The translations under genes and the position numbers were made by a program. The notes beneath the pieces were generated by a model. The model was not told the origin of the DNA, searched no databases, and was given only the letters and a program-made list of their open reading frames with translations. A DNA stretch of 64,000 bases, taken from contig DF237117.1 of the NCBI GenBank assembly GCA_000708835.1, forward strand, positions 99,870 to 163,869, read 5' to 3'. This document shows, piece after piece, positions 25,401 to 37,986 of this stretch. The DNA is from Klebsormidium nitens. Taxonomy: Eukaryota > Plantae > Klebsormidiophyceae. Positions within the stretch are counted from its first letter, which is position 1. Every line of letters begins with the position of its first letter.

Positions 25401-28400
25401 AAAGCTCCTCTATTGCTTCTTCATGATGATTGAAACGAACATGATGATTGAAACGAAACGCATTTATATCTTAGAAAAAAGCAAAAGGAACTCTTAGGCT
25501 CTAATGAGAGTTCGGTTCGTGCTCTGTCGGGTCTGAGATTGTACGAGATCCGAATGATCTCCCTTCTGATGATCTTTCGCCGCGATTCGTCGGCAGGTGT
25601 TTGTTTGCGACGCCGTGGACGCCGGAATCGTCCGAACGGACGGCCGGAAGGAGCGGCGGAGCACCCGAAACCGGAACCCTCCCAACCCCGGGGAGCTGGC
25701 AGACGTCAACGCGCCCGACAGCCCGACGGAACCGGACTTTGCCGCGGCCGGAACGGAACCAGAACTGCCTCTGACGCCGAAAATGGTGGAGGTGAAAAAA
25801 GTAGCGAACGAACCGGTTGAGGAAAGTGAGTGTGATTACAGCGAAGGGGATGCGGTCAGGAGGAAAGTAGACGAGCTCCGGAGGCGGTTCCGGGAGTGCG
25901 AGGAGCGGAACGAGAACGCACCGGAAGAGGAACAGCTGCCACGGTAGGCTCCATTCAGATTGGAATGCCCCACCCGATGCCAGACATACGTATCCTACCT
26001 GAGCAGCACTGTTTCAGGCATCCAAATTTTGCCTTGAAAGATGCAGTGAGGAAATTATCACAGCAACCTAAAATCTCACTCATTTATTGAAAGACACAAT
26101 GGGTTTACGGTTGTTAAAGTCTGCAATGCGGAGAGCTGACCAGCCCTCGCTTTAACAATTGTTCGGATTCGCCGCAGGTCCGACTTCGTGGTTGACATGG
26201 ACCTGCAGGCGGCCCTGAGTGCGGACGGCGCCGCGCGCGTCGGCAAGGTGCGCGCGCAGATCGCGGCCGCGATAGCGCGCGCGCAGCTCCTGGCCGCGCG
26301 CCTCAAAGCCGAGTTCTGGGACGTTATGGAGACGCACACGGACGTCCTGTGTCCACTGAGTTCCGGTTCCGACGTCGAGAACTTTCCGCTGCGGAAAACG
26401 GGACCGGAGGAGGAGTCAGCTACGGAGGCGGCGGAAAAAAGGAGAGCGGAACTCGAGCAAGCGCGGGCGGACAGCGGAACGCCGGAAACGGACGGGAGAG
26501 AGACGCCAATGGAGGCGGCTTCGACGGGGGTGCTGGCGGAAACGGGGAAGGATTCCGCTCGGGGAGCACCGGAAGAGGGACCGGATCCCGGTGCGAAGAA
26601 AGAAAGTCCTGCGGACGGGAAGACGGAGCGGACGACGTCGGGAGGTGCGGACAGTGCGACGCAAAGCTTGCTGTATGGGCCATTCGAGCTGACGTCAGTC
26701 AAAACGAAGAAGGTCCAGGTGAGCCGCTTTCAAGCTTATTGTGGGCGTTGGAAGCTCCACGCCTCGTTTGACACACCCGTGATGAATCTCTGAGTTCTAG
26801 GCTTCGTAAAACCCGATGATCAGGGGCTTTACCGAAGACCCAACGGTCAAAGCAGTCTGCTGTAAGTTCAAGTGCTCTTAAGAAAGAACGTGTCGACAAA
26901 GAAGCGCATGTGATAAGCTACTGAGGTGAACCTATCACCTTGAGAACTCTCCTTTCTGCATGCTTGAATCTCAAGCGAATAATTGCGGGACAAACGCGTT
27001 TTGGGAGCACCAAGTTTGTTGCACGTTGGAACGCCTATAGAGGTGATTCCTTTCTCAAGCTTATACCTTGTTCGATGACCAGTCATCTGCAGAGCGCATC
27101 AATTAGCGCTTCTCCCTTTCGCAGAACCAACTGCTGAAGCTGGTTGTGCGCGAGATGAAAACGTCCTTCAACGCACAATTCGTGGCCGCATTCCTGCTCA
27201 CCACAAGGAAGACTCATTTCCGTTCCAAACATCCGATTATTGAAGGTGGTTCTTGCGCGAGATAAAAACGTCGTTTAACGCGCAATCCGGTACCCCGCGT
27301 CCTTCATTTCGCAGTCCAATAATCAGCAAAACATGTTCTGCGCATTACTCCAATGCGTCAATCTCGATCCAACTGCTCAAGCTGGTAGTGCGCGAGAAAT
27401 AAACGTCCTTCAACGCGCAATTCGTGGCCGCGTGCTAACGTCTTCTTTACCTTCTATTGAAGATCTATAAGCGGAGAACATGTAAACTTTTATCCGCGCA
27501 CAACAGTGACAGACTCAATTCCCTCCGCAGATCCAACTGCTGAAGCTGGTAGTGCGCGAGAAGAAGGCGTCCTTCAACGCGCAATTCGTGGCCGCGCGCG
27601 CGCGCAAGCAGGCGGCCATGGACAAGGTCGCGGAGGTGAACGCGCGCCTCAAGGAGATCCAGAAGGACCTCGGGCTGACGGAGCCGCTGACGTCATACGC
27701 CGTGCAAGACCGGGAGGTGGGTTTTCCCTTTCGGCTGGACTTGGTCGATGTAGTACGTCCCGCCGGAATTGAGCGGTTTGAGATGAAGTGACTGCTTGGA
27801 TTGACGGAGTGCCCGTGCCCTGATTTCATACACTCTGCGGATGCCGGGAGGTGGGGTTTCATGGCCGACACTAAAGGAAGCCCGATTTGACGTTGTGGAG
27901 TTTGAAAAAGCGGCTGAGATGACCAGCAAGAAATGGTGGGCTTTTGAAAAGGAGCCGCGCGAGGGAACTCAGCAGGAAGGACTGTGAACACTGCGGGTGT
28001 GTTGGTTCGTCAACCATTGCACGCAAAAAAGTTAAAGGCAGCACTATAAGGCTTGACTTTGTGCCATAGAACAATCTCGTAACGGATCTTTATCACGGAT
28101 GCTGATTGATCAAGGGCGTGAAATCGAAAGTTGACAGCATCCGTTGGGCACAATTGCCACGTTAGGGGGGGAATACATATGAACAGAAACATTCCGGTCT
28201 TCCTGCAGCGGAATGACTCGTTGCTTACCGTACGCGACAGCGAGATCAAGGTTGAGCGGTACGTCTCGCCGGAGGAGCTCCGGCGGATCGAGGAGGAGCG
28301 GAAAGCGGAAGAGGAGCGATTGCGGTGAGGGACATTGCCCTTTCGTTAATATTGCCTGAGGGGTTAATCGCATACATTCTGACTGCGCAGTAGAGACTGG

Positions 28401-31400
28401 AGCTTCTTCCGGCGACATTATGGCCTGAAGACGAAAGCGTTTATGTACTCTTGAGTGAACCTCGTCTTCGAAATCCCCTAAATCTTCAGATCCTCGAAGA
28501 TCACAAATCCCAAACTCCTAAAGCCTGAGATCCCGCATAGGTCCAAGAAGGGCGACGACCCGCAGGAGCGCGCATTGCGCGACATGATGGGCGGAAAGCT
28601 GCAGAGCGCATTTCCGGAATCTCGGGCAAGGCCGGTTCTCAATCAGACCCTCAAACCTACTTCAGAAACCCTTACTTCCTAGACCCTCAAACCCTCGAAC
28701 CCTCAGAACCTCAGACCTTCAGACCCGCAGACCCTCAAACCCTTAAACCCGCAAATCCTCAAACGCAGATCCAAGAAGGGCGACGACCCGCAGGAGCGCG
28801 CGTTCGCGACATGATGGGCGGAAAGCCTTAGAGCGCTTTTATGAAAACTCGGTTAAGGCCCGTTCGACATCACCTGAAACTCTCTGTGAAAAGCCCAGAT
28901 CCTAATTCCTCAAATCTCAAAACGCAGGTCCAAGAAGGGCGACGACCCGCAAGAGCGCGCGTTGCGCGACATGATGGGCGGGAAACTGCAGAGCAAAGCC
29001 GACGAGGAGGCGCAAGAGGAGCTGCAACGGCCGGACTGGATGAGCGGAGAGCGGGCCAAGATGAGCGAGGACCAAATCAAGCAGATCAAGGAATTTGAGG
29101 CCAAAGAAAAGGTGAGGATAACATATATCTGTAAGCTGCTTGTAATCTTCATCAAAATCGTGTGAGAGGATGAACTTGGTAAATATCGGTGAGGAGCGCA
29201 GATGTGAAAGTTGTGGTCTGCATCAACATCATAGATCAGAGGGTTTGAGGCTTTGGAGAACAAACTCAATTTTCTGCTGCCGCTCGATTTTCTCTTGTTG
29301 TTTCGATTCTTTTCAAGCGAGCGCATATCAATGTTTCAGATGGACCAATCAGACAGAGTGTAAAAGGGAGGGAGTGGAGAGAGGGTCCACGGAATCTCTG
29401 CGGTTGAGGGCGGAACTCTATGCTTTGACTGTGCCTTGATTCGTCGGTATTCAATTCTACAAAGGTCACTGAAAGCTCAATATTGGTCACGAAACCCTTC
29501 AAAACGGCGATCGCAAACGTTTGTGTCTGGTCGCTTCGGTGGTCGCTTTCGCTTTGGGTGAAAATCAACTTCATCTCCGCTTCATCTCACTTATTTCCTT
29601 GTTGCAGGCCTTCAAGGAAGAGAAGGAGAAGAAGCGCAAGGGTCTGGAGCTGGAGTATAAGCGGCTGCTGGAGGAAGCCGTGAAGCCCGTCGCGGCCTTC
29701 GACGACGAACTAACGGCACTGCGAAAGCACAGGTAACGCTTCCGCTGGGACCTGCGCCATTAAATGTTTCTACTTCATCCTGTGTCAATCTTTACAACCT
29801 TCGCCCGGAAACCCAGCGTTTATGTACCAAAGATTGAATTCTGAGCTGCCTAGACAGTTGAGAGGAAATATGCATCACCGTTGCGCGACATCAGGATTTA
29901 CAACACTGCAACAATCTTGAGGGATCGCAGGGATAAGCTGAATTTGCAGCTTCTGTCGTCAATGCTCAACCGATTTTCTCTTTGCTTGGAAAGGTCACGC
30001 TTTTAGATGTCAAATCACCAGGCAAATTCACCGGCTGTTGACTTTCTGGAAAAAGGGGGTCAGGAGTTTTCTTCGTCACAAAAGAGAGGTTCAAGAGGTT
30101 CGTTTAAAAGCCCCGGGGTTCAAGACGCATGAGGCTTCAGATTGCTGAAAAGACGGAGGAGAGAAATTCCAAAACCTGATTAACATTGAAACCTTCACCC
30201 TCAAACTCAACCTCGCATCGCAAAGTAATGTCCTACCTTTCCACAGGTCTCACGTCCTTTCCGAGTGTCTGGAAGTAGAGCTCCAGATTGCACGGCTGGG
30301 CGCGTCCATCATCGCAGAGGAGGAGACGGATCAACGGCAGCAGATCAATCTGACGGCCGAGGTTGAGTCCCTGCGCGCCACGAGTCGCGACACTGCGGCC
30401 GCGGCCGCGCACTTCCGTCAGGAGGCGGAAGAGAAGAAGGACGAATACGAGATGGTTCTGGCGGAGGATAAGGCGATGGAGAAAGGGTTTAAGCGCGACT
30501 TCGCCGACTGCGGCGATGCGGCAGACGCGCTCTTCCGGCTGTTCAAGTGAGTCCGCGGAAGTTCCGCGGCGGAAGAGGCCTCGGCCGGATCGCATGCTGC
30601 TTCAGGTTTTCGTTTTTGGTGTTACGGCTCTGAACCAGGGCAATACGCTTTCGAATTTCGGCCGGTTTTACAATACTCTAGAGGAAGTTGACTACGAGCC
30701 AAGCAAGCGCGAAATTGCACCGAACGGAAAACCCGAAGCCCGAAACATCGCACTGATCGGTGATCATTGTGAATCCACGAAGTAAAGTTGTCGTCACAAA
30801 GCGTTCACGTTATCAGTAGCTCAACTAGTTACTGTTATTTCGCGGACTTTCACCTTCCGACGAGGGATACTTTGCTTTGACTCATTTCGGCCCACTTTAA
30901 CTTCAAAGCGCCCTCTGACCGCGTTCCTCCAATAAGCAGGCCGCAGAAATGCCAAAACAGAAAGCTGCATTTTGAAGCCTCGGGATTGCGTGGTGTGAAG
31001 ACTAGACCTAAACCTCCAAACCCTGCAGGCGCCGGGCGAAGAAGGGCTCCGCGACCGGCGAGCCGCCCGCGGCCGCGAGCCCGACGTCCGAGAACTCCAA
31101 CAAGATCATGCGGAAGTCACAGAGATCCTTGAGTTCGATGCACAGCTTTAAGGTAAGCGATCAATCATCCAACACTTGTCGCAGGATAGATCGGCGACAA
31201 TTTTAGGACGGAAAGCAAAGCTTTGGGAAACTGAAAAGGGTAGAAAGCATTGAGAGTAAGGTAATTTTGGAGCTCGTTTGAAGGAAGTACTTTTCGTATT
31301 TTGTGCTAAGCTGCAGTGAAGCCGCTTCACGAAGGACGATGGACTTAGCCGGAAGGAGAAACACGAAGCACGGGGTTTGGTTCGGGTCACTTCAGTTAAG

Positions 31401-34400
31401 CGGCAGCGGAATCAGACGTTTCTGGTGACCGGAACGCGTTCTGATCTCAAACTAAAGGTTCCCTTGATTCCCACAAGGATTGGGCTTCGCCATCTAAGCA
31501 TGTGCCTCTTTGAAGAATCTATCTTCAATACAGGCAGATTCTCATAGAAGGCCGGTCTTATACCATGAATAGAGAGATTTGCATGTGGTCTTCTCTACTT
31601 CCTTCCGACCTTTCCGCTGCAGATGGCGAGTCCGCCGGAATCAGGGATTCGGAACGCACCGGACGCGCCGGGAAACGACGGCCATCTAGACTATTCGGAC
31701 AAACCTGAGGTGGGCTCCCGGCTATGCAATATCTTAGCGTTTCCGTCACCCGTTGCAACAAAACCGATCCACTATACGGTTTTCTATCAAGAACGGTAGC
31801 GATTTAGGGGAAAGAGTTTATCAGAACTCCAACGGTAGCGCTTTTGCAGATGGCAACATGGAAGACATCCGGATACACGAAAGCACAGAGGAGCTTTTAT
31901 TTGCCTTCATCTTCAGTCATTCAGCTGCTTTCATCGTATGTTCTACTTGCACCCCTCAACACTCAAAAAGCTTACATAGTCAAGTCACTCACGTCCAAAT
32001 CCAATACCTTGAGTCTCACTTTCAATCTCAACCGCAAACCCATTGCCCCAATCTTGAAAACCTTAGATCCTCAAAGGTTGTTGAACACTCTGATCCTAAG
32101 ACCCTTCAATCCTTCAACTCTGATACCCACTAAAGCACTATTTCGAAAGGAGTAAAATACCTGGCGACCCTGGCTCTTTGTGCTGCAAAGTATTTTCATT
32201 TGGGGTACAAAACGTAACTCAGTATACATCACATGTACTTGAACCCAATCTCACACGCTCCGCCATCCACTCGCAGACCATTAGCGACCTCCAGTGGGAG
32301 CGCTTCCTCAGCGCGCGCGAGCGCAAGATCGCGCAGGAAGAGGAGGCCCGCGCGCGCGGCGCGCAGCTCGCGGAGATGCAGCGCCACGTGGCGCGCCTCG
32401 CGGAGGAGGACGACGTGGCGAAGAAGCGGCTCGAGGACGCGGCCGCGGCGCTCGCGAGCTTCAAGGAAAAGCGGGAGGAGCGGAGGTGAGTTAAGGGTCC
32501 TTCGTATTCGGTTCAATTGGCTCAACGGTCCTTCAGTTGGATTTACGTTCCGTTACTGGGTCTTACGGTCTTCCAGTCGGGTTTAAGGTCCTTCAGTCGA
32601 GTATACGGTCCTTCAGTGACTGTTTGCCCTTTCAGCTGGGTTTGTGGTTTGAAGTCGACGTCGGTGGAGAATCTTCTTGGCAGCAGTATTTGATGTAAGT
32701 AGCTCCAAGATGGACTGGACTTTTATTTCCGCATTCACTGCCCGAAAGCAGTTGAGGGCGCGCCGTTGAACCCCAAGCAGGGCCTCTCGATGAAGGAAAT
32801 AAGAAATATACCACTTTTAAAGGCTCCAAAGAACAAGCTTTTGGACTACGTGAATTCCCAGCCTGAGGCGGATGGGGTTACTTTGCAGGTCCAGGGCGGG
32901 TGAGTGTGCAGAGAGGATGACTTCGTGCATTAAGGTTAAAACTTTGATTCAGAGATCATAGTCTAAAATCAGACACCTCATCCTACACAGCGGCTCTCTG
33001 TTCGTGGAGAAGGTAGACGTACCTCCTCACACCAGGCGGAGCCTTTTAACCACAAGGACTATGTTGTATAGTATGCATCTGATGATCTCAACAATGAACA
33101 TCATGTAACATGTTCCTACAACTCCCTGCGTCGTGCAGGAAAGACCTGGACGTGCCACTTGACATCAATCAGGGCCTCTTCCCCAAGAGAAGTGTTCGCA
33201 GTAGTCGCTTACCCGTAGAAGGTGATGTGAAAACCCTTTGACTCCTTGTATCGTGCAGAAAAGACCTGGACGTGCCTTTTCACATCAAGCAGGGCCTGGT
33301 GGAGGTCGACTTGGACCCCTTCACGGGGGGGCTCCACGACGCATCGCTGCTGCACCGTTCCGCTGTAGAGGAAGTCAACGCGGAAGTGCGGAAGCACGGA
33401 CAGCAGAAGGTGGGGCGGAACTCACTAAGATTGGCACCTGGTTGTTTAAGAAATAAGATTTTCTTCTCATTTCAGGCTTCTAGATTGAATCAAATTCTCA
33501 GTGACAGCAGCTCCCCGTAAACAACCCCCAATTTCGGTCAAGTGCTGCACCGTTCCGCTGTAGAGGAGGTCAACGCGAAAGTGCGGAAGCACGGACAGCA
33601 GAAGGTGGGGCTAATTTTGCTCGAATCAGGGTGTTCGCTGAAGATGAAGCAATCAATCATCGTTAATGAAAATAGTTAAGGACTGCAAATCTTTGGCTAT
33701 CAGTGAGCGTATCAGGAGCTGCACCTGGAAGGATCAGTTGCATGTGAAAAACTTGCTAAGCCGCGTTGTCTCGCTGGGTGTGCAAACAATGTTACATTTC
33801 CACCCAGACATTTCCCCACACCAGATCGACATCCTGACGCCCAATTCAGGATCTCGAGAAGGGCATCTACGGAGAGTCAGAATTAAAGCTTTCTGTGCGC
33901 GCACGTATTTTCCAGTGTGGAATCGAAGCTAGTAATCAAAAGAAAACGTAAGGCGTCCATTCATGACTGCCCTTTGTCTCTTTCGCAGATCGACATTCTG
34001 ACGGCGATCAAGGACTTCAAGAAGGGCTTCTAAGACGCACAGTAGCAGATGCAAATTCATCCTTCCCTAACAATCTAATACCTTGAATCTCAAACCAGTG
34101 TTTCTCTGTTCTTGCAGATCGACATTCTGACGGCGATCAAGGACTTCAAGAAGGGCATCTACGAGGCGCAGTGGCAGGTGGCCAAACTAGGCATGGACGA
34201 AGAAGACCTCACGGAGCAGATCAAACAGTTCCAGCTGCTGCGGGTTACGAAACAGCTGCAGACCGTCATCAAGAACGGGGAGGACATTTCCTCAGCGAAC
34301 GAAGTCGCTGCGTTAGAAAACAGGTAGGTCGAGTTTTATTACTCTACATGACCAAATCCTTACAATTTTCGGGCTTTGATGGATTTCGGGCTATTCAGAA

Positions 34401-36251
34401 GTTCAGCTGCTGCGGGTCACGAAGTATCTACAGACCGTCATCGTGAGAGAATGGGGAGGACATCTCCTCGGCGAACGAAGTCGCTGCCTTGGAAAACAGG
34501 TGGGTAGAAGGCGTCAAATGATTCGATCGATTTAACGGTTTAAGGCGGTGGCTTGTTGTTAAGGTGCTGCGGTTTACGAAACAACTGCAGACCGTTATCA
34601 AGAACGGGGAGGACATCTCCTCGGCGAACGAAGTCGCTGCGCTGGAGAACAGGTGGGTTTCAGGGTTTGGTAATCTGGGTACTCCAGTTTTCAGGTTCTT
34701 CAACTTGAAAGAATTTGCGGTTGTTGAGTGGTTACGGCGGTTGCGGGTAATGAAACAGCTGCGGACCGTCATGAAGAATGAGAAATGGAGAGGGTGTTTC
34801 TTTCGGCGAACGAAGGAAAACAGGTGGGTTCAAGAGTTTTGGACTCTCAAGTTTTTCGGTTTCCAGGCTTTGAACGAGGTGGGCGTAGTGGTTCTTACAG
34901 CTGCTGCGGACATTGAAACAGCTGCACATAGTCATCCAGAATGGGGAGGGCCCTGCTGCTGATTAGCTTGTGACGCTTGAGAAAGAATGCGCAAAGTCTC
35001 ATACATCATTTGACTATCACAGGCTCGTATTAATTTAAAAGGCATGTGGGATTGAGGGTTCAATGATCAACAGGGGTTCCGAAGTCAGAAAAACATGAAA
35101 AGTCTCAGCAGACTACTGAAGCGGATCAAGCTTCTATGTTGGGCGCTCACGACGCACACTCAGCCCGCCACGTGTCCTCCTCAGGCTCGCCCACGACCAG
35201 AAGCTCCACGAGAAGAAGCTCCAAGAGCGCGCCGCCCTGTTGCGCAAACTGGAAAAACAATCAGCGGATATTACGGCGCAAACCGCGGAGGTTAAGAAGC
35301 GGTTAGCGACGCTCCAGGAGCAGGCCGAGGCGCACGCGCGCATCCGCGAGATCCAGGTCAGCAGCCAAGCGGCACGGCGGAACGCGACGGAACGGATGAA
35401 GAGCCTGGTGACGCAGCGGCAACTACAGGACATAGGTGGGCCGCCCGTATCGTCAGTTAGGTACTTGTTTAGCGAGTTAGTTAGTTAGTTAGTGGTTGAC
35501 ATTCTACTTCTCGCCTATTCTTCCCTGGCAATATGGCGTTTATCCTTCACTTTGCTATGTCGACATCCTGATTAGTTTGTTCAGCGGTTTAGTTCAGCGG
35601 TCTTAGTTCCTTCGTGTTCCGCCCGAATGCCGGTGGGACATGCCAAGCGAGCCCATTGAGGCTGCTGCGGCTGCTGTGTTTCCATGTCTCATCCTGACGC
35701 AAGTCATTGTTCCTGACCTAAGTCAGGCTTTTTCAGTTTGCTTCTCCGTCTTTCTTGTTTCAAACTCTCTTAATCACCCTTCTATCATTCTTTCTCTCGG
35801 GAACGTCTTGTCCCGGATCCGTTTGCCTTATTTTTTCCACTTTCGACTTCCTTGATCGTGATCCTTCTTGTCTATTTGACATCAAGTCAAGTTCTGTTCG
35901 TCCTTCGCTTCGATCAACCTCTCGCTCCTTTCATCTCCTGACCGCTTCCCTGTCCCTGTGGCAACCACAAATTCGCGCGTAGGTTGTCCGTCCAGGATAA
36001 TCTGCCGTAATTGAGACTTCTTCAGAACAGATATCTGGCACGCCTTAAAGTACCCAACTTCTGGGCTTCCCCGTTTTTGAGGATCTAGAAGAGTATTACT
36101 CATCCGTTGCTGTTTGTTCGCAGCTCGGGCGCAAATGGAGGAGATCACGGCGCTCCAGAACGAACTAGAGGTGCTCCGAAAGCGGACCTTCCCCAAGTTC
36201 GATACCGCGCCGCGCGCGCGCTTTGTGGGGCCTGATGAACGCCTTGTATGA
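19468..36251 (+). CDS. CFAP43: Cilia- and flagella-associated protein 43 (WD40 N-terminus, coiled-coil C-terminus); 21 exons, about 1806 aa
   Basis: Exons 19468-19487, 20261-20369, 20703-20853 (GC donor), 21181-21422, 22079-23230, 23709-24312, 24887-25074, 25597-25943, 26178-26718, 27531-27716, 28209-28324, 28928-29111, 29608-29732, 30247-30546, 31029-31152, 31623-31709, 32277-32485, 33259-33409, 34118-34323, 35185-35435 and 36124-36251. They sum to 5421 nt in phase. Motifs: QFLDSTTVVTICGN, LYGPFEL..VKTKKVQI, ERALRDMMGGKL, IKQGLVEV, FQLLRVTKQLQ, ELEVLRKRTFP. Exon 1 is the least certain. Confidence 0.85.
19498..19506 (+). promoter_or_regulatory. Perfect telo-box AAACCCTAA at the start of CFAP43 intron 1
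   Basis: The sequence is seen directly. Telo-boxes near 5' ends are a known plant cis-element; function here is untested. Confidence 0.3.
24545..24800 (+). repeat. Two decayed echoes of the CFAP43 exon-7 5' end
   Basis: AAAGTGACG...GCGACCGGCGCCCTGCAG (about 24750-24790) and GCCGCGGACCGCGCCTTGCAG (about 24613-24633) versus the real AAAGTGACGGTCACCGGCGCCGCGGACGGCGCCCTGCAG. Confidence 0.7.
27120..27435 (+). repeat. Three echoes of CFAP43 exon-10 acceptor + 5' end (IQLLKLVVREK.SFNAQFVAA)
   Basis: Copies start at about 27125, 27236 and 27367; real start 27531. Confidence 0.88.
28535..28835 (+). repeat. Two echoes of CFAP43 exon-12 acceptor + 5' end, separated by degenerate CCCTCAAA-like repeats
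   Basis: Copies start at 28541 and 28769; real start 28928. 28645-28768 is a run of ACCCTCAAA/ACCCTTAAA/ACCTCAGA variants. Confidence 0.9.
32505..32620 (+). repeat. Degenerate tandem repeat (about 20 bp) with core GGTCCTTCAGT in a CFAP43 intron
   Basis: Core variants recur about 5-6 times right after the exon-17 donor. Confidence 0.65.
33125..33612 (+). repeat. 5' echo (start 33139) and 3' echo (33542-33604 plus GTGGGG donor) flanking CFAP43 exon 18
   Basis: TCGTGCAG-GAAAGACCTGGACGTGCC upstream; GCTGCACCGTTCCGCTGTAGAGGAGGTCAACGCGAAAGTGCGGAAGCACGGACAGCAGAAG|GTGGGG downstream. Confidence 0.9.
33820..34935 (+). repeat. Echoes on both sides of CFAP43 exon 19: 5' copies at 33825 and 33989; 3' copies with donors at 34500, 34653 and 34824, plus a trace near 34890-34930
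   Basis: Direct sequence similarity to exon 34118-34323, including splice dinucleotides. Confidence 0.9.
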
Positions 36252-37001
36252 CTGGTGGGCTCAGGAGGTGTGATTTGCTAAAATCCATTGACAGCGAAGA
36301 GAGTATAGAGGTATAGCGCGGACTCGCTGATTTGAGGATGTTATGTAGATGGAACGCAACTGTGAACAATGGCTGTGCATCAGAAACTATAAATCATAAA
36401 TTATACCTTCACATGCCGTTCAAGTGGGTCGGTACACCAGGATTCGCCAGAAGCTGAGTCCATCTTCAAGTTAATGGCGGTCTATGGCCCATGAATGAGT
36501 TGGTATTCAAATTGGTCGAGCAAGCGAGGTCACATCGACTGTAATGCCAATTTGGGAGTCACTGCCGGATTCGGTATTATTTTAGACCTAACAAATCTAG
36601 CCTCGATCAGGAAACCAGTTGCGTCGAGTTACCTATCTGTACCGCGACCAAATGAAAAATCTGCGCTCATGTGGCGTCTTGGAGCAATGACTAGCCGGTG
36701 CGGTCCTGCGCGGCAGCAAAGTGGCGCTTCTACAGTAGCTCTAATCCTAGCTGCAAGTCAATGCGAGATGGAAACTCTCGTGCAGAAACGCACAAGCACA
36801 CGCGTTCACGATTAGAATCAGTTTATGCGCTTGGTTGCTTGAGGGAAAGGTTTTGTAGCAGTGCGCACCATTCCGAGTACTTATTAGCGCTGCCTAGAGG
36901 AGCAGAGGAGCCCACATTTCAGTTGGCAGATTGAGTTGAATTTTGAGTACAATGCTTCAGAGCTCTGGTTGGGAAGCTAGGATTCAAATGTACACTATTA
37001 A

Positions 37002-37986
37002 CACTAGGACCGATTGCTAACCGTGCCCAATTGGGCACGGTTAAATTATTTGCATTTTGCCTCAATCTGATTGGAAAATACAAGTTTTTGAAGAAATCCT
37101 TTCTACTATGTGATTATGTGGGTACCTTTTAAGAGGCAACGCCTTGGGTTATCAAAAAATCTATGTTTTGACTTGTATACAAAGTATGAAAGGAGAATGG
37201 GTCTGCAGCAAAAACTGGGCCAAAATCCAGCCGTGCCCGTTTGGGCCCGGTTATGGTTATATAGTAGTATGAGCACCTTCACTCCACAATTTCAAGTAGA
37301 CTTTTCTTAGGTGTTCAAAGAGATGCTAAAAAGCTTTCCTATGGCAAGTATTGAGAAAAATGCAAAAATCGCTCAAGTCCATGCATGTACTTTGATCCAC
37401 GGAACATCATTATTCGCAGTTTTTTTTGAAATAGCCACGTTCCATTCCCAAAAACATGGACTTTGCCCTCGTTCGAACTCCGGAGCTTCTCATGGGACAA
37501 AACCTTGTGTTTGACATCTACATTACGCTTGTTTGCAACATCACATCTTTTGATTTAGTATAGCTACGGGGTTCACTCGCGCATTCGAACAGGGGTGAAA
37601 TAAGGGTCAAAATAATAGAGAAGAATCATAAACCGATTATGTTTAGCCGTTTTTTCACATTTGATGTGTTGGAATGAGTTTGGTAGGCCGTTTTGGGTTT
37701 GTGCACGTGGTTACGATGCTTGATTTGACCGTCGTTGCCCGAATATATCAAATTTTATCAATTATTGGCTGTTTACTAACCCCTCGTTTGCTAACGATAA
37801 ACCCTAACCCAAATTTAGGGTCACCGGCCGGTTTTCAGACCTACTATAACCACTAAGTCTAGTTATGTGCCGAAACCTCGAATATTTCCAAGAATCGTAA
37901 AAATTACGACCGTTAAATCGAAATCAAGTTAACCGTGCCCGTTTGGGCACGCCGTGCCCAGTTGGGCACGGTTATCGGTCCTAGTG
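37002..37986. mobile_element. Non-autonomous TIR element (MITE, 985 bp) flanked by TTAA; piggyBac-like
   Basis: TTAA at 36998-37001 and 37987-37990. Perfect 13-bp terminal IR CACTAGGACCGAT, then (after a 4-nt indel) AACCGTGCCCAAYTGGGCACGG at both ends. AT-rich interior with no transposase. Confidence 0.85.

Noticed and set aside
25422-25457. Perfect 18-bp tandem duplication CATGATGATTGAAACGAA
   Set aside because: Isolated intronic slippage with no element associated.
21053-35433. Many 60-220 aa ORFs antisense to or frameshifted on CFAP43 exons
   Set aside because: They are shadows of GC-rich coding exons.
37002-37986. CACTA (EnSpm) classification because the ends read CACTA
   Set aside because: The 3-bp flanks do not match (TAA versus TTA), while a 4-bp TTAA duplication does.
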